Shown here piece after piece: positions 55,874 to 64,000 of a stretch of 64,000 nucleotides of DNA. The notes under the pieces were generated by a model. The model searched no databases. It was not told the origin of the DNA and saw only the letters and a program-made list of their open reading frames with translations. A program made the translations under genes and the position numbers. Source of the DNA: a virus (Duplodnaviria; Caudoviricetes); the IMG/VR virus record IMGVR_UViG_3300021368_000010, positions 1,333 through 65,332 of that record; one strand, 5' to 3'. How positions within the stretch are numbered: position 1 is the first letter of the stretch; every line of letters starts with the position of its first letter.

Positions 55874-57055
55874 TCAGATTGTAGTGTCGTTAGTAGATCC
55901 AATTGTGCCGAAAGGATTAACCTCTGTAAAGTCGAGAATGTCGTCATCCTCGGTTTCATAAGTATAGTTCTGATCGACAACCGTACTAGATGTGTTGGTA
56001 TTATTTAGGGTGTTGTACGATTCAGGAGACCAAAGAGCACCTGATGTAAGACCCTTTATGGTTTCACCAGTGTTAAAGGTTCCGGTGCGATTGATGACTT
56101 GGAGTTCTCTTGTAGAACTATTCCAGGACTTAACTTCTGCTCTAGAGTCTTTAGGCGAATAATCAATTGTGACCGTAGGTGCGGCAGTATAACCAGAACC
56201 TGCCTCTGTAATAGTTATACCAGTTACAATGCCTGCAGAAGATACGACAGCAGTTCCTGTAGCAGTTGTTCCTCCTGCTGGAGCAGCGGAGAAAGTAACT
56301 GTAGGTGGCAATGCAGAATTGTAATACTCACCACCATCTGTAACTGTGATTGCGTTTACCGCCCCAGAATCAATCGTTGAAGTCGCTGCGGCGCGATAAA
56401 GGTCCCCAACAATCTCCTCACCGACGCTAAAGTCGCCAGAGCCGCCAGCATCCATAACCAACTTGATAGAATTGGCGAAGGCAGTTTCGATAGCGTCGAT
56501 TTCTGCAACACCAGTGTCGAGTTGCTCGTCGCTGTACTCGAAGAGTTCACATTGACACTCCCAGACATATCCTTTACCTAACTGATAGAACGGACGCTCA
56601 ACCTCAACAAACTTAATCTCAAAGAGATGTTTGGTGATGGGGAACCAAATTAAATCTCCCTCATTCGGGCGACCTTCTACATTCAACTCTGCATTATCAT
56701 CTACCTTTTCTTCAAATTTCTTACGAGAGAAAATGAATGTTGTTTTATCTTCAACGCGAATACCAAATTTAGTAAGAAGTTCTCCTTGACCTTCCCACCC
56801 TTCTACATTGTTTACATATGATCTAACTTCTAATGCCTGTGTGAATGTGCTATTTTCAACTTCATTGAGAATAGTGTCGCGGTTGACATAAGTTCTAGGG
56901 AGATAATAAATATCTTGACCATAGATTTCAATACTTTCTACGATCAAATTCTCCATAAACATCTGTTCCTGTGAAGACCCATTAATATTGAGTCTACAAG
57001 AACTTGTGTAATCTGATTTTACGCAATCGCTAGGAGTGGGATTAGTGTATGCCAT
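55874..57055 (-). CDS. g14: Neck protein gp14
   Basis: ESIEIYG.DIYYLPR, RPNEGDLIW, FYQLG, CELFEYS, NPFG. Confidence 0.93.
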   Translation of the reverse strand: MAYTNPTPSDCVKSDYTSSCRLNINGSSQEQMFMENLIVESIEIYGQDIYYLPRTYVNRDTILNEVENSTFTQALEVRSYVNNVEGWEGQGELLTKFGIRVEDKTTFIFSRKKFEEKVDDNAELNVEGRPNEGDLIWFPITKHLFEIKFVEVERPFYQLGKGYVWECQCELFEYSDEQLDTGVAEIDAIETAFANSIKLVMDAGGSGDFSVGEEIVGDLYRAAATSTIDSGAVNAITVTDGGEYYNSALPPTVTFSAAPAGGTTATGTAVVSSAGIVTGITITEAGSGYTAAPTVTIDYSPKDSRAEVKSWNSSTRELQVINRTGTFNTGETIKGLTSGALWSPESYNTLNNTNTSSTVVDQNYTYETEDDDILDFTEVNPFGTIGSTNDTTI

Positions 57056-57056
57056 A

Positions 57057-57863
57057 TCAGCCGATTAAATCCATTGGGGGTAACTCGTATGTTTCTCTGA
57101 CCTGTTTTTCTAGTTCCTCTTTTCTTTTGTTTGCATCTTCTAGAATTTGACGACCATTTAATTTCACTCCACCGAGCATTTCGATGCCATCATATTTACT
57201 TAGGTTGCGTCCCCACTGCTGCATGAATAATGCCTCAACATAATCTTTCATCCAGTTATCATTGTACATACTAGTATATGTTTCAGGATCCTGACGCAAT
57301 GTTAAGTCAACTAAAATGAAATCACCTGCTTGCAGATCATCCCAATCCATATCCATATACAATCTATCTTGATGTTCGTTCCACTTTACTCTTCTACTTG
57401 CTTGAGAATTGGTAACAAAATCTAAAGTCTCAAGATATTGAGATGTCATGAAGTAATGTAAAATATGACCATGGGTCATCGCATAGATGTCATTCAAAAA
57501 GATTTGATATTTGATATTAAAAATATTACCAGGAACGATACTAGAGGCACCAATCTGAGTATATACATTGTTAATACCCAAAACCCCATCGGGCAGAGAA
57601 ACATAGTTGTTATTCTCATACCAATTAGTTGCACCTACCTGAGTGCTACTCATAGCAACAGTTTTAATAGCATCAGTAACTTCAATTTTCATGAAGGTTT
57701 GATAACTGCCGCTATAATGATACTCTTGATAATAATCAATTGCTTCTTCGATGAGATCATCCAATTGCTCATCGCAAACATTGATGTCAATCGCCGGATA
57801 ACCTAACCGGCGAAGAGCATACATTTTTATCTCGGTTTTACTTGCAGGGCGTGTTGCTGACAT
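57057..57863 (-). CDS. g13: Neck protein gp13
   Basis: LRRLGYPAIDINV, QWGRNLSKY..I.MLGG. Confidence 0.94.
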   Translation of the reverse strand: MSATRPASKTEIKMYALRRLGYPAIDINVCDEQLDDLIEEAIDYYQEYHYSGSYQTFMKIEVTDAIKTVAMSSTQVGATNWYENNNYVSLPDGVLGINNVYTQIGASSIVPGNIFNIKYQIFLNDIYAMTHGHILHYFMTSQYLETLDFVTNSQASRRVKWNEHQDRLYMDMDWDDLQAGDFILVDLTLRQDPETYTSMYNDNWMKDYVEALFMQQWGRNLSKYDGIEMLGGVKLNGRQILEDANKRKEELEKQVRETYELPPMDLIG

Positions 57864-57869
57864 GAGTTA

Positions 57870-60800
57870 TCAAGAGAAAGAATTGACAGTCAAAGTAGTA
57901 ACATCATTAGCACTGACGACTTCTCCAACCTTGAAGAATCCGCCAACATTATCAACAGTGATTTGATTAGTACCAAGAGCAGTAATAACACCAGTTGTGC
58001 CACTGGTTGCACCAGTCACAGTAGCACCAACTTCCATTGTTGTAATATCAGAAAGTGCAAATGTTGCATCAGTGAATACTGTGGAAAGATCAATGGTTGC
58101 ATCGCTCGTAAAGATAGTTGCAACATTGAAGGTTAGATCTGCAGCGCCACCGCCGCCAAGATCTGCATCGGAAATTGTGATTGTATCAGAGGCAGCATGA
58201 CCAGTACCAGGTTCGGTAACCGTAACTGTTGCAGCACCAGAACCATCAACAACAACACTGAATGCAGAACTTGTTCCAGAACCAGTGGTGGTGAATGTAC
58301 TAACACCATAAGTTCCTGCAGTTCTCAGTGCATCTGCTGCACCAATAGTATCAACGGTCTCAATACCAGTTTCATTAGGATGGACAATGGTAACAGTATT
58401 ACCAATTGCATAACCAGAACCTGCAGTTCTTACAGTAACGCCAGTAACGCTACCGCCAGAAGCAGTAATATTAACTGTTAAGTTAGAACCATCACCACCA
58501 GTAGTAGCAAGACTACTACCAGTTGTATACTGAGTACCAGCAACCAGAGCACCGAAGTTGAAGGTTGCAACACCACCCAGGTTGGGGTTGGTAAGAGTGA
58601 TTGTATCTGTGATCAGATAATCACTACCGCCCGCATTGACGGCAACTGCAGTAATAGCACCAGCACTGACTGTAGTATCAACTGTCAGTCCAGTACCAGT
58701 GCCGCCAGTAGTAGAAACAGCAGTTCCTGCAGTGAAACCGCCGAGACCGCCAGAAGTTACATTACCAGCAGTTACGACTGCACCAGGTGTAGGATCACCA
58801 GACAGGTTCAGAGTCAGAGTGGTAGTAGTTGCAAGATTATTGAGCATTGCCTGAAGTTGAGCAAATGCACTGTCTAACTTATCCTGAACTCTTGCCTCGG
58901 TGTAATAGAGGTTAGTTCCCTCAGATAGATCAGTTGTAGACTTAGCAGTAAATCCTGCATCAACTCTTGCATCAGCACGAGCATCTGTGTAGTACAGATT
59001 GGTGCCCTCAGACAGATCCGAAGTAGATGCAGCGGCAATCTTAGTATCGAAGGATGCCTCAGCACGAGCATCTGTGTAGTATAGATTTGTAGAACCTTCA
59101 CTCAGAGCATCGGTATCAGCAGCAGCGATACGGGCATCTGCTCTAGCATCTGTGTAGTACAGGTTCGTAGAACCCTCAGACAAAGCATCAGTATCTGCAG
59201 CAGCAATACGAGCATCTGCACGAGCATCAGTGTAATAGAGGTTTGTTCCTTCTGTTAGATCACCAGTGTCCTTAGTGGCAAGACTTGTGTCAAAGCGACC
59301 TTCTGTATAGAAGATATTAGTAGTACCTTCTGTGATGTCATCTGTAGTCTTAGTTGCAAGTTGAGTATCCCATCTTGCAGTGGTGTAGTAGAGGTTTGTA
59401 CCTTCTGTTAGATCAGTTGTAGTTGCTGCTGCAATTCGAGCATCTGCGCGAGCATCGGTATAGTACAGATTTGTACCTTCTGTCAAATCAGCAGTAGTCT
59501 TACCTGCAAGACTTGTGTCAAAGCGACCTTCGGTATAGAAGATATTTGTAGAACCTTCTGTGATATTATCAGTATCGATATCTGCTTGAGTAACACTCAA
59601 TTCACCACCAACACTCAATTCAATGCCAGTGCCGTAGGTAAAGTGTGAGCGGGTGCGTGCAGCAGTAGTAAAGAGATTCGTAGAACCCTCAGTTACATTA
59701 TCGGTATCAATATCTGCCTGTGTGACGCTCAGTTCGCCGTTGCCACTGAGTTCGACACCTGTACCATAAGTAAAGTGTGTACGGGTCCTAGCAGCGGTTG
59801 TAAAGAGGTTTGTAGATCCTTCAGTTACATTATCAGTATCAATGTCTACCTGCGTTACAGAGAGCGTATAAGTGCCCGCTACATCATCATATACCTTAGT
59901 GATACCAGTGCTTGCAACAAACAGTGCATCGATTCTGTCATCAACCCGCTCATTGGTGAAGTACAGGTTAGCAGAACCCTCAGACAGTGCGTCAGTATCA
60001 TGGTTGCTGATGTCAGAAGTTTGACCAGTTACATTACCAATAACGCCACCATTTGCGGTGATTGCTCCAGTAAATGTAGAAGTTCCGGTTACACCTAAAG
60101 TGCTAGACAGAGTTGTAGCACCAGTGACTCCAAGTGTTCCACCAACGGTTGCATTAACAGTTACATCCAAATCTGCACTTGCAGTTACATCACCAGTGAC
60201 ACCTAAAGTGGAACTTAATGTAGTAGCACCAGTAACTCCAAGCGTGCTGCTAAGAGTTGTAGCACCTGTGACTCCAAGAGTGCTACCCAGAGTTGTTGCA
60301 CCATCAGCATTCAGTGTGCTTGCGGTAGAAACAGCACCTGTTGTGCCATTTACAGTGAAGTTATTTGTGTCAACTGCGATGCCACCATTGGCATTCAGGA
60401 GACCTGTAAGTGTGCTTACACCCGTTACTCCAAGTGTTCCACCAACCGTTGCGTTAGCGGTAACAGTACCAGTAACCATTGTAATTTCATTGCTAGCAAA
60501 GTCACCGCTAGAATCACGAACAACAATCGAAGATGGTGTTGAAGTAGTATGTGTTGTCATGCCGTCCAACAGGTCAGCATTCAAGTTAGTGACCTTAGTT
60601 GTAGAAGCAACTACAAACGGTGCAGATCCAGTAGCAACATTAGATGTGATCTGACCATCAATAGTCAGGGTGCCATCAATGTTGGCATTGGCATCAACAT
60701 CGAGAGATGTACCAGAAGAAGTAAGGTTGAGACTACCAGCACGAAGAGGAGCATCTGTACCAGAAATAATTTCACTATTATTTGTTGTATTAGTTAAGAA

Positions 60801-63800
60801 AGTATATCTCAGGGACGATCTGTCGAATCCAAAGAAGCCAGTTTTAGCACTGCTGTCGTAATAACGGAATTCAACACCGCGATCCTTAGCATCATTAGAG
60901 ACTGGTGCTGTGTCACCACCCAAAGTAATAATAGGGTCATCGAGAGTTGTGACCGTAGAATTGACAGTAGTCGTTGTTCCATTAACCGTGAGGTCTCCTG
61001 CAATCGTTACACCTGCATTCGTTGTAGAGAGTTGAAGAGTATTATCGTAGTATAAATCTACCGATCCATTTGCTGCAGCAACAATACTTTCCTCACCAGA
61101 AATTGCTTGGATTCTTACATGATTTCCACTTGCTCCACGAATATACAGAGAACCAGTATTATTATCCAGATATGTATGTATACCATCATGAGAAAGGGTA
61201 AAGTCATCTCCAGTACCTACAGCAATTACATCGCTGTCCTCAACCTGAAGGGATCCTGCAACCAATCTGCCATAGAGATCAGCACTTCCTGCAGAAACAT
61301 CGACAGTAAAAGTATCTCTACTATTAGCATTATCCCAGACATGGAAGTCACCACCAACCCATGCATTCTTGGTTGCTCTAAAACCGCCATCGGTCGAAAG
61401 AGAAACAGAGTTATCGCTAAAGGTAGATGCATCAGAAGTGTTAGTGATCGAAACACGACCACTGAATCCAGTATTACCAGACTGTGTTGTGCTACCAGTG
61501 ATCTCAAAGTCACCATAGACACGCATGTCTCCACCGACAGCTAAATTCTGACCAATAGCAGCACCACCAGTGATACGAACTGCACCATCAGCAGCATAGA
61601 GTCCAGTTAAAGTCTGACCAGTTGCATTAGTGACAGAAGTAACACCAGTTACACCTAAAGTATCATCAACGGTGGTGGCACCCTCAACATTTAATGTGCC
61701 TTGAATATCAGTATTACCGTTGTCTGCATCAACACCAAACTTTTCAACAGCAGATCCATTTCTGATGGAGAAGACTTCATTAGCAGCATCAACAATTAAA
61801 GAATCGTTGATAGTTGTCTGACCTTGGACAACCAATGTACCATCAGTTGCAACATTGCCAGAGGAAGAAGCAACAGTAAACTTGTCAGTGGTGCCACTTC
61901 TAACTGCAAAGTCTGCATCAACATCAACAGTGCCGTTGATTTCGGTATTACCAGTTACGACGAGTGTGCCACCCAAAGTGGTATTACTATCAACATTCAG
62001 AGTGCTATTTAATTCTGTGTGACCATCAGCAGTCAGAGTTCCTTCAATGTTAGTATTACCAGTTACATTGTCAACAAAGAACTTGTCGGTTGTACCATTT
62101 CTAACAGCGAAGTCTGCATCAACATCTAAAGTTCCATCAATGTTTGTATTACCACTGACATACAAAGTGTCGTCAATAGTTGTAGCACCCTCAACATTCA
62201 GAGTTCCCTGAATATCAGTATTGCCATTGTCGGTATCAACAGTAAACTTATTGACATTTGAATTAGTCTGAATTGCAAATGTCTTATTATCTGCATTGAT
62301 AGTTACATTATCTTGGAATGTAGCAGCACCATCAACATTTAAAGTGCTATCAAAATCAACAGCGTTAGTAACATTAAGAGTGTTGGTAATAGTTGTAGCG
62401 TCATCGACATCGAGCGTTCCTGCGATGACTGTGTTGCCATTGTCCGAATCAACTGTGAAAGCATCTGTACCATTTTGTGCCTCAATAGTGAAGAGCAGAT
62501 TGTCTCCATTGATAGTTACATTGCTTTGGAATGTAGCATCACCATCAACATTGATGCTGCTATCAAAGTCTGCAGACTGATTAACTGTAAGATTATCAGT
62601 AAATGTCGCATCAGAATTGACAGTCAGAACATCAGTGTTTGCATTACCCAGAGTAATCTGAGAACCATTAACGGTTAAATCTCTGTCAAGCAGAGTATCA
62701 CCATAAACTGATAAGAGACCTTCAGTTGCAGAACCTGCACCAGAACGACCAATGGTTGTGTTGCCAGTATCACCGATTACTTGGAACTCGATATCATTAC
62801 CGCTGTTCAGTTTACCAATGAACAGACCCTCGCCAGATTGCCTTGCACCAATATGAAGAGATCTTCTAATACCTGCACCACCAAAGACCTTCAGGTTTGC
62901 ATTGGTGTGAGAAGCATAAGAAGGAATCAGTTCTTGCTGAGAACCTGCTTGCAGTTTCTTACGGACCTTCAAGGAGTTCTGTTCGTTGAACACCTCAGTC
63001 GTAGTTTCTTTCTGAACAATCAGACCATTGATATAAATGTCTGAATTGTAAAGAACATCACCTTCGATATATCCGCCACCATCAAATCGGAATGAACCGT
63101 AGTCGTTAGACTGAACTTGCCATGCATTGTCAGTGCCAGTTGCTGCAACAGTTGGTTCGTCGGTATCTTCTAAGTGAACATGTCCAGCAATATTCACATT
63201 GCTATTTGCATCGAGATCACCAGCAATCTGAGTATTACCGTTAGAAGCGGTAACATTGAACATGTTGGTGTTGACATTTAAGTTATTGGTGATGTCAACA
63301 ACACCATAGAAAGATGCATTACCCGTTGTGCTTTGCAGTTCGACACGAGTTGTGCCAGAACCATTGTTCAGCTGCAGGACCTTGGATGCTCCCTGAATAA
63401 CAATATTATCGTCATGGAGAGTAGTGCCATGAACAGTCAGGTTAGTATCGATATCAACACTACCGCCAACATTGACCGAACCAGTAATGCCAGTGCCTCC
63501 AGCAACAACCAAGTCACCCGTTGTATTGGTTGTAGATGCTGTTCCACTCTCTAACTTAAGGTTGCCTGCAACAATACCTGAAGCAGTACCTGCGAAGGTC
63601 TCAGAAGTGTTTGTGGCAGCATGTAAGAATGTATATCCTCCTTCATGTCCAGCAAGGTCGGTATAGTTAGTATCCCAACCATAGAAACCAACTCTTGCTT
63701 GACTATCGTAATAATTAAACTCTACACCACGGTCAAGATTGTCATCGGTAGAGGGTGCAGTGTCGCCACCAAGAGTGAGGACAACATCATCTACTGTCAT

Positions 63801-64000
63801 TGTTGTCGAGTTGACAGTTGTTGTTACACCATCAACTTGGAGATCACCCCAAACGCGAACCAATCCAGTGGTAGCACGATCATCGCCAGGGTCAAGATTC
63901 ATCGTCGCATCAGTTGTGGCGATGTAGTTTGCTTGGAATCTTGAGTTTTCTACATGGACTTTACCAGTTGCAGCAGAGGCATCAATATCGACAACATCTT
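57870..64000 (-). CDS. Giant tail fibre/structural protein (5' end outside window)
   Basis: Frame stays open from 63902 to the window end; G/T/N/D-rich beta repeats; sits upstream of g13. Confidence 0.85.
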   Translation of the reverse strand, partial: DVVDIDASAATGKVHVENSRFQANYIATTDATMNLDPGDDRATTGLVRVWGDLQVDGVTTTVNSTTMTVDDVVLTLGGDTAPSTDDNLDRGVEFNYYDSQARVGFYGWDTNYTDLAGHEGGYTFLHAATNTSETFAGTASGIVAGNLKLESGTASTTNTTGDLVVAGGTGITGSVNVGGSVDIDTNLTVHGTTLHDDNIVIQGASKVLQLNNGSGTTRVELQSTTGNASFYGVVDITNNLNVNTNMFNVTASNGNTQIAGDLDANSNVNIAGHVHLEDTDEPTVAATGTDNAWQVQSNDYGSFRFDGGGYIEGDVLYNSDIYINGLIVQKETTTEVFNEQNSLKVRKKLQAGSQQELIPSYASHTNANLKVFGGAGIRRSLHIGARQSGEGLFIGKLNSGNDIEFQVIGDTGNTTIGRSGAGSATEGLLSVYGDTLLDRDLTVNGSQITLGNANTDVLTVNSDATFTDNLTVNQSADFDSSINVDGDATFQSNVTINGDNLLFTIEAQNGTDAFTVDSDNGNTVIAGTLDVDDATTITNTLNVTNAVDFDSTLNVDGAATFQDNVTINADNKTFAIQTNSNVNKFTVDTDNGNTDIQGTLNVEGATTIDDTLYVSGNTNIDGTLDVDADFAVRNGTTDKFFVDNVTGNTNIEGTLTADGHTELNSTLNVDSNTTLGGTLVVTGNTEINGTVDVDADFAVRSGTTDKFTVASSSGNVATDGTLVVQGQTTINDSLIVDAANEVFSIRNGSAVEKFGVDADNGNTDIQGTLNVEGATTVDDTLGVTGVTSVTNATGQTLTGLYAADGAVRITGGAAIGQNLAVGGDMRVYGDFEITGSTTQSGNTGFSGRVSITNTSDASTFSDNSVSLSTDGGFRATKNAWVGGDFHVWDNANSRDTFTVDVSAGSADLYGRLVAGSLQVEDSDVIAVGTGDDFTLSHDGIHTYLDNNTGSLYIRGASGNHVRIQAISGEESIVAAANGSVDLYYDNTLQLSTTNAGVTIAGDLTVNGTTTTVNSTVTTLDDPIITLGGDTAPVSNDAKDRGVEFRYYDSSAKTGFFGFDRSSLRYTFLTNTTNNSEIISGTDAPLRAGSLNLTSSGTSLDVDANANIDGTLTIDGQITSNVATGSAPFVVASTTKVTNLNADLLDGMTTHTTSTPSSIVVRDSSGDFASNEITMVTGTVTANATVGGTLGVTGVSTLTGLLNANGGIAVDTNNFTVNGTTGAVSTASTLNADGATTLGSTLGVTGATTLSSTLGVTGATTLSSTLGVTGDVTASADLDVTVNATVGGTLGVTGATTLSSTLGVTGTSTFTGAITANGGVIGNVTGQTSDISNHDTDALSEGSANLYFTNERVDDRIDALFVASTGITKVYDDVAGTYTLSVTQVDIDTDNVTEGSTNLFTTAARTRTHFTYGTGVELSGNGELSVTQADIDTDNVTEGSTNLFTTAARTRSHFTYGTGIELSVGGELSVTQADIDTDNITEGSTNIFYTEGRFDTSLAGKTTADLTEGTNLYYTDARADARIAAATTTDLTEGTNLYYTTARWDTQLATKTTDDITEGTTNIFYTEGRFDTSLATKDTGDLTEGTNLYYTDARADARIAAADTDALSEGSTNLYYTDARADARIAAADTDALSEGSTNLYYTDARAEASFDTKIAAASTSDLSEGTNLYYTDARADARVDAGFTAKSTTDLSEGTNLYYTEARVQDKLDSAFAQLQAMLNNLATTTTLTLNLSGDPTPGAVVTAGNVTSGGLGGFTAGTAVSTTGGTGTGLTVDTTVSAGAITAVAVNAGGSDYLITDTITLTNPNLGGVATFNFGALVAGTQYTTGSSLATTGGDGSNLTVNITASGGSVTGVTVRTAGSGYAIGNTVTIVHPNETGIETVDTIGAADALRTAGTYGVSTFTTTGSGTSSAFSVVVDGSGAATVTVTEPGTGHAASDTITISDADLGGGGAADLTFNVATIFTSDATIDLSTVFTDATFALSDITTMEVGATVTGATSGTTGVITALGTNQITVDNVGGFFKVGEVVSANDVTTLTVNSFS
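58880..60000 (-). repeat. About 12 copies of a coding TxDLxEG(S)TNLYYTxAR repeat (mostly 25-30 aa units)
   Basis: Counted in the translation; DNA copies are degenerate at synonymous sites. Confidence 0.9.
60050..60460 (-). repeat. 12-aa GVTGATTLSSTL-type coding repeats
   Basis: Tandem 36-nt units visible in the translation. Confidence 0.85.

Noticed and set aside
58880-60000. Regularly spaced DNA repeats that could suggest a CRISPR array or DGR
   Set aside because: They are in-frame coding repeats varying at synonymous sites; no unique spacers, cas genes or reverse transcriptase in the window

Overview
64-kb segment of a T4-like marine cyanomyovirus, most likely infecting Synechococcus. Almost all genes are on the minus strand. 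In transcription order it holds: a giant fibre gene (5' end outside the window); g13-g16; an AMG-rich g16-g17 insertion (ptoX, gnd, an unannotated ndhP, zwf, petE, many membrane microproteins); g17; g18; three tandem diverged g19 tail-tube paralogues; g20-g23; g3; uvsY; uvsW; g55; g47; g46; a CobT/CobS-like pair; g45; speD; denV-like; g44; an HNH endonuclease; dam; g62; regA; an envelope-protein cluster that includes the only credible plus-strand genes; hsp20; a Pho-box-preceded beta-barrel + pstS pair; g43; uvsX; g41; mazG; and ligase-like, cytidylyltransferase and acidic/basic putative internal head proteins. No tRNA, rRNA, CRISPR array, intron or intein was seen. The most interesting signals are a candidate ~40-nt small RNA after g23 that is near-complementary to the host sRNA Yfr1 motif, the triplicated tail tube with separate promoters and an attenuator-like hairpin, a ROSE-like thermometer on hsp20, and an HLR1 (RpaB)-like site on the promoter of the redox AMG cluster. 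All family calls come from motif recognition by eye; no database search was run.
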